Below are positions 40,038 through 52,213 of a stretch of DNA of 64,000 bases, one piece after another (position 1 is the stretch's first letter; every line of letters begins with the position of its first letter). This DNA comes from Alphaproteobacteria bacterium (GTDB lineage Bacteria > Pseudomonadota > Alphaproteobacteria > JAAXGF01): NCBI GenBank assembly GCA_963555825.3, contig CAUVXB020000002.1, positions 32,001 to 96,000 on the forward strand, written 5' to 3'. The notes beneath the pieces are model-generated. The model saw only the letters and a list, made by a program, of their open reading frames with translations, had not been told where the DNA came from and made no database searches. Made by a program: the position numbers and the translations under genes.

Positions 40038-43000
40038 ATGGTAGCCACTCTGGCCCAGGCCGCATCGGCCGCGTATTACCTGGAGAGCCAGCGCTCCTTT
40101 CGTCATCCCAATGAGTACTACACAGCGGGTGAAGAACCGGATGGCGTCTGGTTCAATCCGAAGGGCCTGTTCGGTCTTGCCGACGGCGGCAAGGTCGACA
40201 GCAGCGACTTCCACCGGCTGTATAACGGCTTCGCACCGAACACCGGAGGCAAGCTCACACAAAACGCGGGCAGCGAGCGGCGCTCGGCGGGTCTCGACAT
40301 GACCTTCAGCGCCGACAAGAGCGTCTCGGCCTTGTGGGCCGTCGCCGATCCGGAACTGCGTTCGGAGATCGAGCGGGCGCATAACGATGCGGCTCGGGTA
40401 GCGCTGGAGGAAACAGTGCTGAGGCATTGCGCCTATACCCGTATCCGTAACCGGGACGGCGAGATCGAGGTGCTGCCCGCCGATATATCAGCGGCGATGT
40501 TCCAGCATGGAACCAGCCGGGACAACGACCCGCAGCTGCATACCCACTGCGTGATCTTCAATGCCGCCCGGACACACCGGGACGGCAAGTACCGGGCGCT
40601 GCATCAACACCCGGTCTACACCTGGATGAAGGCGGCGGGGGCGGTCTACCGCAATACGCTCGCCTGGAGCCTGCAAGAACGCCTCGGCATCCGCATGGAA
40701 CAGTACGGCAAGGATGGAGAGTTCACGCGCATCGCAGGCATACCCGAGGACCTGATCGGACACTGGTCGAAGCGCCGGGCGGCGATTATCGAAGCGGCCC
40801 GGGAGATGGGCTTTACGGTCGAGGGCAACGCGCCGCGGGCAGCGGCGGCGAACAAGATCACACGGGCCGGCAAGTCGCCGGATAACGACCCGGAGATCCG
40901 GCACGCGCGCTGGCGCGGCGAAGCGGACGGCTTTATCGAACGCGAGGCGCTGATCGCCTCGCTTCTTGGGTAAGTCGGAAGAGATTACCCAAGAGCAGAT
41001 CCGGGCTCTAACAGAGGTGCTGGAAGAACTGCCGTACCGTCTTACCCGAGAGGAAGCGGTATTCCGCCTGCCGGATATCGTGGAGCGGGTGGGCAATGCT
41101 ACCGCAGGGCTGTTGAACCATGAGGCGGTAGCAACAAGCATCGAACGTGTGCTTCTAAGCCCGGAGGTCGTGCGCCTGACCCGCCCGCCACGGGCGGCCG
41201 AGGGCCGGGCCGATATGGCGCACACCAGGCTCTATTCAACCCGTCACAACCTCCAAATGGAGCTTGAAGTCCGTGACATGGCGGCCGGAATGGCCGCAGA
41301 TACGGGACATTCCTTGTCCGCCCAGGCAATCGAGAACAAGGTGACGGGGCTTCTGGCGGCGGGTTATCCGTTGAGCGAAGAACAGATCACGGCAATACGG
41401 ACGGTCACGTCTTCCGGGGGCCGGGTCGCCATCATCGAAGGAGCAGCGGGCTCAGGCAAGACCACGACGCTGCGGCCCATCGCCGATCTCTACCGCGAAC
41501 ACGGACAGAGCATCATCGCCACGGCCGTGGCTTGGCGCACCGCCGTGGCGCTGGGTAACGATGTCGATGCGCGGCCGTTCTGCGTCGACAAGCTGCTGCG
41601 CCTTGCCGCGCGGGGCGGTATCGAGATCGATGGAGACACCACCATCATCGTCGACGAGGCGGGGATGCTGTCGACCCGCCAGGCGCATCATATTCTCCAA
41701 CTCTCAGAACGCCATGGGGCGAAGATCGTCTTCGCGGGCGACACGCAGCAGCAGCAACCGGTGGAAGCGGGACCGGGGTTGAGGTTGGTGCGCGACGCTG
41801 TGGGCAGCGTTAGGGTTGACAGAATCCGCCGCCAGAAGGCCGACCTGGAAGATATTCTGGTCCATGTCCATGGGGAGAATCCGGAGGCTGCGCGGCTCCG
41901 TACGGGGATGATGGGGGAGCAGGAACGCACCCGCATTGTTGCTGAATACGAGGCGATGGAGGATAAGCCTGTATTCACACCGTGGCAGGTGGCGGCATCG
42001 GAAGCGCTGCGCGATGGCGACGCGGCATCGGCCATAGCGGCTCACCACGCCGGGCCGGTTCCATATCGGGTACGACGAAGAAAAGACGTTGACCGGTCTG
42101 GTCGATGACTGGGACCGCTACCAGCGGGAACATCCCGACAAATCCAGCGTGGTGCTGGCGCGCACACGAGCCGAAGTGCGGGCGCTGTCGTACCTGATGC
42201 GGGAGCGTCGTTTCGCCGCCCTGCCGGATGGGGAACGGCCCGATACGGACCGGGTGACGGTGATCGTAAGCCGGGGGACGGAAGACGAGCGAACAACCTC
42301 TCCACTGGAGATCGTGCGCGGCGACCGGCTGCGCATTGGCGCCACTCACTGGGAGAAGCAGCTGTTCAACGGCACCGTGGTCACGGTCGACGACTTCAAG
42401 GTTCAAAGAGGCGAGGCCGGTACGGAGCCGGGTGTTCTGATATCGGCGCGCACCGAGGACGGACGAAAGGTCATTTTCCGTCACGATGAGATCCGCGACT
42501 GGTACGGCAATATCCGCCTCGATCACGGCTATGCGCTCACCATCACATCAGCCCAGGGGTTGACCGTGGACCGGACGTTCCTGCTGGCCGATGCACGGCC
42601 GGCACGTGAGACGATCTATCCCGCCGCGACACGCCATCGCGAGGGGCTCGACATCTACGTCAACCGGGCGCCGCTCGTTCTCGATATCGCCGACAGGCGA
42701 GCGGACAACGACCGGGAAATTGCGGTGACGGACACCGAGATCCGGGCGTATCTGGCCGAACGCTGGTCGCGCTCGCAGCCGAAGGAGGCGGCGCTCGACT
42801 ACATGGCCAATGGTATATGGGAGGACCGCCGTGAGAATGTCCGGGAGGACAGAAGCCGATCCTCCGGCGAAACCCAGGGCGGGGCCGGTGATATCCGTGC
42901 CGCAGCCAACGACAACGCGCTGGCCCGCATCGCGCGGGATATCCGGCGTACCGCCTTCGGCTGGCGCCATGCCCAGGCAGTCTCCACCTTCGCCGCTGGC

Positions 43001-44218
43001 CGCGCGGAAATTCTGGCGGCATACGACGATCTGCGCGAGCGCACCCGCACGCAAGGCGATACCGTGGCGCTTGGGCCTGCTTACCAGGAGACGCTCACCC
43101 GTCACTCGGCACTGCTCAAACAGGCCGCGGCCTTCCGCGCCCGGCCGGACGACTTCGCCTCCCTGCTGGCCCAGCGCGGCGGCATCGGGCGCAAGGACCT
43201 CGACGCCTTCGAGGAACTCCATGCCCGCGCACGTCGGCACCGGCGAGCGGCCACGATGCGGCACGTGCATCGGATCAAGCGGGAGGCGGAACAACAGGGG
43301 GTTGAGCCGGAGATGCGGCAGGGAGAAACCGCGTCCGTCACACCAGCCGAGCGCATCCAACCGGTCCGGCCGCGCCACGACCGCACGCAATCCCGGGCTC
43401 ATCCCGAAACGGCGAACACACCACCCGTTGCTGCGGCCGTAAGAGACGCGGAACCCGTAAAGCCGTACTGGTATGCGCCTTACATGGCATTGCGCCAGGA
43501 CTGGAACACCTTCATCGAAGGCGCCCGGCAAGCCGGTATCCTTATATTTTACGCCAAGGGGTATGCGGACATGATCCCGCGCATTCGGGCGCTGGCGGAG
43601 AACCCGGATGTCCCGGCCGTAACACGGGCGCCCATGATGCAGGTTCTGGAGAATCACCAGCGTTACCTCTCGACGCGTAAACATATCGACGATTACCTGG
43701 ACCAGGTGGACCGGCATATAGAAGAACACGACTCCATGGAAAGCCTGGCCGAAGAGCTCGACATGAAAGTGGCCGAGATTTCGGATTATCCTGACTGGCG
43801 CCGGGAGAACGACCACCTGACGACGGCGGGCGAGGCCATCCTCTCGGACATGGAGACCCACGGTCCCCATCTCGATCACATCCTGATCGGCGAGACACGC
43901 ATGAAATGGGCGCTCTTGAACATGAGCCGCGCCATCCGCCGCGACGACGAGGCCATCAGCGAGGAAGCCATCGCGGCCGAAAAGCTGCTTGCCCAACCGG
44001 AAACGTCCGAGGAGCGGGAGCAGCGGGCCGAACTGGAGGCTCTCAAATTCCGTCGGCTCCAGTCGGCTGTGGACGATGCAGCCACACAAGAGGAGCGCGA
44101 GGCGGCGCAAAAGGAATTCGACGACTATGTCGAGCGCCACTCCGGAAAGTACGATTCGCCCAGCGAAGAGGAGCACGAGGGCCGCTCAATATCCAGGAGC
44201 TGGAGCATCCGCCTGTAA
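40038..44218 (+). CDS. MOB-F (TrwC/TraI-like) relaxase-helicase, frameshifts near 40970 and 42045
   Basis: YY...EYY tyrosines, DMTFSADKSVS, FQHGTSRDNDPQLHTH, GAAGSGKT, VDEAG, GDTQQ, HGYALTITSAQGLTVD. Confidence 0.92.
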
Positions 44219-44537
44219 CTGCAACCCGTTTGGCCACATCCGCGCCCTTTCCCGTGACCTCGTGGCATGGATGCCGCCAATCACCGAACAGGTAATGCTC
44301 GACTTACAGGCACAGAACCCCACCGTATTTTCAGCTTGACGCGGGTTTTAGATCGAACAACATCTTACCTCCCGTCCTATTGAGACGGGCTCACAAAACG
44401 GGCACGGGGTTCGGTCGGCCTTCGATCAGAAATCCGTCAATAAGCCTCCGCCACGAGGCGGAAGATCAGATCGTCCAGCCAGCCCGTCAACGGATTGTCG
44501 ACAACCGTTTCCTCCGCAAGCAGACTCTCGGGCTCGG

Positions 44538-44989
44538 TGGACCCTGCTGACGAAAGTGGAGACGTCCTGCGATAGGATTTTGATCGCAGGAGGTGCACAT
44601 GTCGAAGCAGAATGGGAACAAGGGCCGGCGGTTTGATCGGGCCTTCAAGGAAGAAGCCGTCCGTCTTTTACAGCCGAGCGGGCGCAGGCAGCGGCAGATA
44701 GCAGGAGATCTTGGGATCAGCGTCAGCGCGCTCGGCCGCTGGGTCACAGAATTGCGTGAGGAGGATTTGCTTTCCGGTCCGCATGAGGATGCAGCGAAGG
44801 AGATTACCCGCCTACGCCGAGAGCGTGATCTGGCCCGTCAGGAACGTGATCTGCTAAAAAAAGCGCTGGCCTTCTTCGCCAGGGAAAGTCGATGAGGTTC
44901 CGGTTCATCGACGCGGAGAGGGCCGGGTTGGCGATGCCGATATTCCGCCTGTGCAGACTGCTGCAGGTCAGCGTCTCAGGCTTCTATCC
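44538..44989 (+). mobile_element. IS3-family remnant (IRL, orfA 44599-44895, start of orfB)
   Basis: TG-start IR, FK.EAVRL..IA.DLGI..L.RW, LKKALAFF with A-run, MRFRFIDAE..LC.LL.VS.SGFY. Confidence 0.8.
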
Positions 44990-45564
44990 CCGTGCTCGAG
45001 GTGACCGGGCCGGACCCAGCCAGCCGAAGAGCCAAGGGCAAGGACGACGCCCTGGATGCGATCTCCGCGGCCGAGGCGGCGCGCACAAGACGCCGGGTCC
45101 AGGTGGCCAAAGACCGTTCCGGCACCGTGGAAGCCCTGCGGGTGCTGCGAACAACGCGAAAGACGGCAATCAAGTGCCGCCGCGCGGCCCTGCAGCAACT
45201 CCACAACACCATCGTTGCCGCACCGGAGGAAGTGCGTGACCAGGTCCGCAACCTCACCCGCATGCAGCGCCTGCGTACCTGTGCGGCCTGGAGGCCGGAC
45301 ACGGTCGGCTATCGAGACCCGGTGGTCGCGACCAAGCTCTCCCTGAAGTCCCTCGCCCGCAGAATCCTCGACATCAACGACGAGATCGCTGAACTCGACC
45401 GGTTCATCGTCCCCTTGGTCGAGGAGCTCGCCCCCAGTCTGCTTGAGCTCGAAGGCGTGGGCACCGAGAACGCAGGCGCAGTAATGGTCGCCGTTGGGGA
45501 TAACCCGGATCGGCTCCGCTCCGAGGCGAGCTTCGCCATGATGTGCGGCGTCTGCCCGATCCCC
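44990..45564 (+). pseudogene. IS110-family transposase internal fragment
   Basis: RR.KGK.D.LDA..AA, GVG.E.A, GDNPDRLRSEASFA..CGV.PIP. Confidence 0.8.
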
Positions 45565-47014
45565 GGGGATGTCCCGGTCGATGTTGAAAAGTTGAGGTAG
45601 GTGTCGCTCTCCTGGAGCCGTTAGGCTCCGGGTGCTGCAAACCCAAAAGGGAGAACGACACCATGGGAAAGAATATCCGTAGTTCCAGCCGCCCGAAAGC
45701 CCTTGCCCCCTCGATTCCTATGCCGCCGCTGGCGGACGCGATGGACGCAGTCCATCTCAGCGTGGATCGGTTTTGTCTTCTGGCCGGGGTCGAGGCCTTG
45801 GCCGAGATGATGGAGGAGGACGCCACGACCGTGTGCGGGGCCCGACATCGCCGCCATGGGGACCGTCGAGGTTATCGCTGGGGCAGGACACATAGCGAGA
45901 TCGGCTACCACGGCGGCAAAGTGAAGGTGGCCCGGCCACGGGTTCGTGACCGGGCGGGCAAAGAGGTGAGCTTGGAGAGCTGGCAGGTGCTGCGCGACGG
46001 CAACCTGTTGCTCGAGTGGGCGCTCAACCTGATGGTGCTGAACGTGTCGACCCGCAAGTACCACCGCGCGGTCCGTCTGCCCGAGGGCGACCTGGCGAAA
46101 GCGCGTGGCGACGGCACCTCGAAGTCGGCCGTTTCCCGGCGCTTTGTGGCGCTGTCGCGCAAGAAGATGAAGGCCTGGCTCGCCTCGGACCTCTCGGAGC
46201 TCGACCTGCTGGTCATCCAGATCGACGGTCTGCATGTCGGCGACCATGTCTTGGTGGCGGCGATCGGCGTCGATGGCAACGGCGACAAGCATGTCCTGGC
46301 CGTGGTCGAGGGGGCGACGGAGAACACTGTCGTCGTCCAGGCCTTGCTCGACAATCTCCTCGCCAGGGGGCTCGATCCGACGCTGCCCCGGCTGTTCATC
46401 GTCGATGGCGCGAAGGCGCTCAGCAAAGCGATCCGCAACACCTTCGGTGTGGCCGCCGCCATCCAGCGCTGCCAGGTCCACAAGGGCCGTAACATCATCG
46501 AGCGCCTGCCCCAACATTTGCACGCGAGCGTCAAGAAGGCGCTCCGTCAGGCCTGGGACCAGGACGACGCAAACAAGGCCGAGCGGCTCTTGCGCAACCT
46601 GGTCCGGCGTCTGGAGCATGAGGAACCGGGCGTCTCGGGCAGCATCCTGGAGGGGCTGGACGAGATCCTCACCGTCATCCGCCTCGGCCTGCCGCACGAA
46701 CTCCGGCGCTCGCTCGCCTGCACCAACATCGTCGAGAACGCGCTCGGCACGGTGCGCCAGGTCACCCGCAACGTCAAACGCTGGAGACACGCCGAGATGG
46801 CGCTCAGATGGACCGCCGCCGGCCTGCTGGAGGCCCAGAAAACCTTCCGTCGCCTCAAGGCCTATCGCCAGCTGCCCATCCTCCGAAATGCTCTCCAGGA
46901 ACACTTGAGAAAGGCTCAGGCCGACAGTGCCATTGAAACCATCATGAAGGCAGCATAGCATCATCAACCAGCGACGCCTGCCCCACGAATTTCAACAGAG
47001 ATAGGGACATCGCC
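45565..47014 (+). mobile_element. IS256-family element; transposase 45663-46958
   Basis: IRs GGGGATGTCCC..TGTTGAAA / GGCGATGTCCC..TGTTGAAA; VSTRKY, QIDG, VDGAKAL, QRCQVHK, TNIVE. Confidence 0.9.
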
Positions 47015-47404
47015 GGCAGTTCTAGCCAAGACGCTCAGCCGGCCATGGCTGGCAGTTTGACATTAATCGAACGGTCGGCGTGATGTCGGCGCCAAGGCCA
47101 GCGGCGATGCGATGTCCCGTCCGAAACCAGTGGCGCTCTCCCCGGGCAGCGCTCGCCGCACTCGCGTCCCCACCGGTGCGGACGCGAGTGCACGGGCTGC
47201 CGCGGAGACTGCCGGCGGCATGGCCGGCACGAGACGGCCCGCGGTTGTGCCTGCGCCGCTGTACGCGATGCCGGACACGACTCGTTCGTTCCTGAAGCTC
47301 ACGGTGCGCGCCGATCCGTGCAGTCCCGCCGGCATGTCGCCGATCGGGACCACCCACAGAGGCCATGCCTCGGCTGCTTCGCGTCGGCACCATCGCGAGG
47401 GTGT

Positions 47405-47590
47405 CGAATCACCGCTTAAACACCTGTCTGATTTTCCGGGGCCACCTCAGTCCGCGTCTTAATGCGGCATGGAGCAGACCGGCCGAGGAACGGAAGTCAC
47501 GCGCCGGGCGAAGCCCTGGGACGCGGTGGTTATGTTCAGGGCGATCGTTTATTGCGCGCTTTACAAATCTCTCGGACAACAGTGGTGAGG
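47405..47590 (+). mobile_element. Adjacent remnants: IS3-type end (to about 47449) and IS5-family transposase fragment
   Basis: ctgtctgattttccggggccacctca; degenerate RKS.AGRKPWDAVVMF.AIV.CALYNLSD. Confidence 0.5.
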
Positions 47591-47822
47591 TAACGGAAAT
47601 GGCCAGTCTCTGCGCCGCATCGAACACGAAGGCGCGGACAGCGTCGGGGTCGCCGAGCAAGGCGTCCGTGGCTTCAAGTTCCTGGTGGACGTCGGCGTCC
47701 AGTGTGGGCGGCGCCTTCGCCGAGCGGCCACGGACTTGGCGCTCGCGTTCCTTGACTTTCCTGGCTGGTTCCAATTCTGGCCGCTCGGATGGCGACGGGT
47801 AGTTGCAAGCGACCACGGTCAC
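47591..47822 (-). pseudogene. Probable SNF2-helicase C-terminal remnant
   Basis: VHQELEATDALLGDPDAVRAFV.DAAQRL resembles the tail of defence-associated helicases; coupled to the upstream gene's stop. Confidence 0.35.
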
Positions 47823-49088
47823 GCATTCTGCGTCGAGTCCTTGGCCGCTGCAGCGTCTACAACTTCAAAGAGCTTTGTGAGCGTTTTTTCACCGACTCGT
47901 GCCCTTCGCATCAACTGCTTCAACTCTTCCATCAGTGCGGGATCGGCAAGATCCTCGATTGCCACGTCCTTGTATACGACGGTGTGGTGAGGATCGCCAA
48001 AGGCCACGGCTTTGTCGAACAGCTGATCGGCCTCGCGTTCCAAGTCGGTTCTGTATGACTGTTCGTCCATGTCATCACGCATGCGCAAATGCGCTGGTGG
48101 CTGTTCCTTCCAAAGATCGACAAATTCGGTGACGAATTGTTCGCGAAAAGTCTTCCTACTCTCATCGATTGTCCCTTGAAGAACGCAGTGATATGCCTTG
48201 ATGATTCCAATCAGACGATCCAACTGCTTGCCCGCTTGTTCCTTGTCTTTTCGCAGAATCACCTTTCCACGCGCCTTCCAGTCATGGAAAAACACGCGCT
48301 CAAGCTGTTGGCGCTCACGTACGATGTACTTCTCGTTCACCATCAACGTCTCGCGACCTGCGCCGAAACCAATCGATATTTCCAACTCGGTCTCAAGATC
48401 GATGGGCATCTTGAGTGTCGAGGAAATACGGGATCGCAAGTCCATGTCCTTAAGCTTTTGAAACTGGGCAGGCAGCTGGATCTTGCGCGAACGAAATGTC
48501 ATTCGTCATCTTCAGCTCAACGAATTGTACTTCGCTCCTGAAGACTCTCAGTTTTCTGCTCAGATCGAAGGGCTGCGGTGGATCCGCGTTCAGGTTCGCG
48601 ACCATTTGATCGACCCGCTCGGATGTCAGTGCGGTCTGCCCGACTTCCGTCTGGGCTCCCGCGAGCGCAGTTGCAAGGGCCAATGTGTCCGCGGCTTCAC
48701 CCTCGATCACAAGTGCGTTCGGCTTCTCGACGCTCGTTGAGCCGGCCTCGACATTGCGTGGTACGGGTGAGTAAACCATGGCCCGATGGTCAGAAACGAT
48801 GACACCGATGCGAACGCCTGGTTGCTCGCGGAGCTCGAACAGCTCCTGGGAGCTGGCTCGGCGGATGTTTTCCAGGGCCTGCATATCACCATAACCCATG
48901 CGATAGACTTCCGGATCGGTGTCGAGAATAACCGTCAACGATTGTGCCGAGAGGGTTCCAATACAGTGTCCAAGCGCCTCGGCGACCGGAGTGGTCAAGC
49001 CGGGGGCGACGATGATCAGGCGGTGTACCGCGGACTGGATCAATTCGATCAGCTTGTCGTCGGTGGCCGTGGTGAATGTACGGTTCAT
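47819..49088 (-). CDS. Hypothetical protein with a PLD-like N-terminal domain (frameshift near 48495)
   Basis: GAGGAG RBS; LI.SA..RLIIVAPG...VILD.D.EVYRMGYG...RIGVIVSD...VYSP; no canonical HKD motif. Confidence 0.6.
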
Positions 49089-49464
49089 TTCATCTTCTCC
49101 TCTCGTCGCCCATTCTCGTCGACTCCGCGCGTGAGGCAGCCAAACGCTGACCATCTGAAGGCCGCGCCTTCTTCTACACCTGCACTCGGCCTGCCACATC
49201 GAAATAAGTGTCTACCGCTTAGCAGCCTGTTGAAAAAGTTGGTGGCGCATCTGGGGTCGGCTCCCACCCTGAAACTCAAACCTGGCGCTGCAACGCGCTG
49301 GCCGGGCTGCTGCTGGAAATCCACGCAAGCGACTCCGCAAATGGCTACCCGAGGCGAGTCGTGGTAAATGTCGCTGCTTCAGGGCGGTGCCCCGCCTGAA
49401 GAACTACCGCATTGGCCCAGCTCTGCCCGGTGGCATTGTTCGATGCGTCGCCGGTGTCTCGCCG

Positions 49465-50178
49465 TCAAAGCCTGTGAACGTCGAACGAACACTTCACCCC
49501 CCGGTTCGTTTTCGTCGCTTGCCTGGCACAATCAGCTACCTGGTTGCCGTAGTTATCCCAGATATAGCCGCGCCACCCTCCGGTCGGATCGTCGAGGGGG
49601 ATGATCGCGAACTGTTGTTCGACCAGTACGCCGAGCAGGAAGAAGGCCGGCACGGCCACGGCCAGCGCGAGCCCCGGCCACGTCCAGCGGCGGCGGCCAT
49701 GGCTGGCCGCGCGGCGCAAATCAGCCGCGTAGTCCACGATTGCCTCCTCAAGGCGGTCCGCCACCGCCTGGGCTTCCTGCTGCCGCGCACCTGCAGCCGA
49801 GAGTCCGTCGAGGAGTGATCGGGTCTCATCGGCGTGCGCCGTCAGTTTCCGCGTGATCTCCAGGAGTTTGCGGGTGCCGGCGTTCAACCGGGCTCCGTCT
49901 TCCTTCTCCTCTCGTACATTCTGCGTAGAAAGGCGCTGCACCAGACCGAACACATCCTTGAGTGTTGGGTTTTCCACGGCTGCATCTGTTTCCGGTCTAC
50001 CGCCGGTCTCCGGCGCCGTTTCAACGCTCCGTTCCAGCGGGACAGTTTTATCCGGCTCGCCGCGATCCTCTTCGATTGGCGGAATATCGAACCCCGGCGG
50101 GTCCGCGGGCGCTGCCGTCCCGGGCGCCTCGTCCACTCGGCTCGCGGTGTTTTCCAATAACTCGTGTTGTTCCGTCAT
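49465..50178 (-). CDS. Hypothetical membrane-anchored protein, last gene of the transfer operon
   Basis: GGAGG RBS, ATGA overlap with the T4CP gene, acidic N-terminus, one C-terminal TM helix. Confidence 0.7.
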   Translation of the reverse strand: MTEQHELLENTASRVDEAPGTAAPADPPGFDIPPIEEDRGEPDKTVPLERSVETAPETGGRPETDAAVENPTLKDVFGLVQRLSTQNVREEKEDGARLNAGTRKLLEITRKLTAHADETRSLLDGLSAAGARQQEAQAVADRLEEAIVDYAADLRRAASHGRRRWTWPGLALAVAVPAFFLLGVLVEQQFAIIPLDDPTGGWRGYIWDNYGNQVADCARQATKTNRGVKCSFDVHRL

Positions 50179-52154
50179 GATGTTTTTCCTCCAAACGGTA
50201 GTTTGAATCGTGGCCACGCCCACGTTTCACCGGAATCCGCGGCGCTGTCCTTGCGGATGACGAACGGGTTGGGATCGGCAAGATCGCGGGAGTCCCAGCG
50301 GCGCCAGTAGCGCGCGTGATGGAGATGCAGCGCATCGCGCGGCATGTCCTTGGGCGAGGCGATGACGTATTGGCGGTCGGGCCCAAGCGTCATGAGTTCG
50401 TCGGGGGTGATCAGGCGCTCGCGCACCAGGGCGCGGGAATCGCCGGCCTGCCATTGCGTGTTGGCGGTGACGATGCGGTTCTCGGCAATGGTGCCGGAAC
50501 GGTTTTCGGTCCGGGCCTCGAAGGTGGCGGTGCCGATGGCCCTGGAGAGTTCCTCCGCGCCCTCGGCGTCGGTGCGCGGGAAGCCCAGAATCTGGACCAG
50601 TTCGGCGAGATGCAGGAGGGTCTTGCGGTGCTCCTTGCCCCAGGTCGAATCGAGCGCCGAGATCGACTGGGCGAAGCACCAGAAGTGGACGCCCTTGCCG
50701 GCGGCCATGGTGTAGCCGTCCATGACCGGCTTGAGGTAGCCGAGGCGCGGCATCTCATCGATGACGATAAGAAGATCGCGCTCAAGCGGTTTGATACCGG
50801 CGACGGCGTTGGGGATGGCGACCCACAGGCGCAGCCAGCCCTTGACGTGCTCGATGGTCTCCTCGGGAGCAACGACGAACAAGTCGGTATCGCCCTCCGC
50901 CAGATCCAAGGGATCGAAGCTGGAGGTTTGCGTATGGGCGAGCAATTCAGGGTAGTTCAGGAAGGCGAGCTGGTTGGCGATGGTGGTGAAGTTGCTCCCA
51001 CCCTCTTCCTTGCCGACCTGGGCCTGCCGCTGGACCGCGATATGGGTGAGCCCGCCGGCAAAAGGCTTCTTGGACCTGACATGTTTCGCAAAGGCCTCCC
51101 TTTGCTTCGGCAGCATCGATAGCATTTGATAAAGGGTGGCGAGGGTGCGTTTCCGTTTCGGTTCGCGAAAACGCACCCAGGCCATGTAACCGGCGACGAT
51201 GGCGCGGGCGGATTCGTAGAAATGGCGGCTGCTTTCGTGCGAACCCGGGCGCGGCGGCGTGAGCAGGGCGTCGAGCAGGACATTGATGTCGCGCACGGCG
51301 AGACTTTCATCGTCTCGAATGAAGTCGAGCGGGTTGTAGAACGCGCTTCTGACATTCGGCAGGTGGGTTTTTTCCTCGAACTGTTCCTTGTGCTTGGCCA
51401 CCACACCGAAAGGATCGATCAACAATGCCCGGCGGCCCAGCTCGCGCCTGCGCCGGGCAGCGATACACCAGAGTTCGCCGCGCGGGTCAATAGTGACCGT
51501 CGATCCCTGGAACCCCCGGTCGCCGGGCGACAGCAGGTTAAGGGCGATGAGAGCGCCCTTGCCGACGCGGGGCGGGGCCACGGTGATGGCGGAGCCTTCC
51601 AGGGACCAGCCGATCAGCTTGGCGTTGCGGCCCGCGCCCCACTGGCCGAGCAGGATGCCCCGGCGTTTGGCGAGGCGGCGCAGAAACCTTCGGCCGAGCA
51701 GCTTCGACTTGCCATAAAGATCGGACTCGGCCCGCTGCCGCCGCTTGCCGCTCTCCAGGTATTTGAAGCTGTCGATCAGGACCTCGAACCACAGCATGAA
51801 AGAAATCGCGAAGCCCGGTGGCGGCACGGCGATCAAGGCCAGTTCATAGCCGCTCAGACGCGTGAGCCGGTCGACGAAGCCCGGGAAGGATGAGGCCTCG
51901 AGCACGGGACGGACGATCTCCATCCAGATCGACGCGGCGCAGATCATCATTGCGGCCCCGTAGAGCCCGAAACGGACCCAGGCGCCCTTCTCCTGGCGGC
52001 CGGTGGCAAAGTAGGCCAGCAGTACCAGGGTAAGAACGGCGCCGAGAATGGCGAGGCTGATATGGGAGGAGCGGAGACGCTCCAGCAGGTAGGCTGAACA
52101 GCCGGCGCCCGCGGCAAGCAGCAGCACGGAGATGTAAACGGGTAAGAATCGCAT
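50175..52154 (-). CDS. virD4: VirD4/TraG-type type IV coupling protein
   Basis: N-terminal TMs, YGKS, APPRVGKG, IDPRGEL, YNPLD, IDEMPRLG, QSISAL, R.LITPDEL. Confidence 0.85.
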   Translation of the reverse strand: MRFLPVYISVLLLAAGAGCSAYLLERLRSSHISLAILGAVLTLVLLAYFATGRQEKGAWVRFGLYGAAMMICAASIWMEIVRPVLEASSFPGFVDRLTRLSGYELALIAVPPPGFAISFMLWFEVLIDSFKYLESGKRRQRAESDLYGKSKLLGRRFLRRLAKRRGILLGQWGAGRNAKLIGWSLEGSAITVAPPRVGKGALIALNLLSPGDRGFQGSTVTIDPRGELWCIAARRRRELGRRALLIDPFGVVAKHKEQFEEKTHLPNVRSAFYNPLDFIRDDESLAVRDINVLLDALLTPPRPGSHESSRHFYESARAIVAGYMAWVRFREPKRKRTLATLYQMLSMLPKQREAFAKHVRSKKPFAGGLTHIAVQRQAQVGKEEGGSNFTTIANQLAFLNYPELLAHTQTSSFDPLDLAEGDTDLFVVAPEETIEHVKGWLRLWVAIPNAVAGIKPLERDLLIVIDEMPRLGYLKPVMDGYTMAAGKGVHFWCFAQSISALDSTWGKEHRKTLLHLAELVQILGFPRTDAEGAEELSRAIGTATFEARTENRSGTIAENRIVTANTQWQAGDSRALVRERLITPDELMTLGPDRQYVIASPKDMPRDALHLHHARYWRRWDSRDLADPNPFVIRKDSAADSGETWAWPRFKLPFGGKTS

Positions 52155-52213
52155 TAGTTTTCAAATTCCTTAGTTTGCGTTTGCGGACGCGTTGCGAATA
52201 TTCGGGGCGTGAA

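Noticed and set aside
44340-44537. Minus-strand peptide ...DNPLTGWLDDLIFRLVAEAY* cut by IS3
   Set aside because: Probably a gene tail, but too short to assign.
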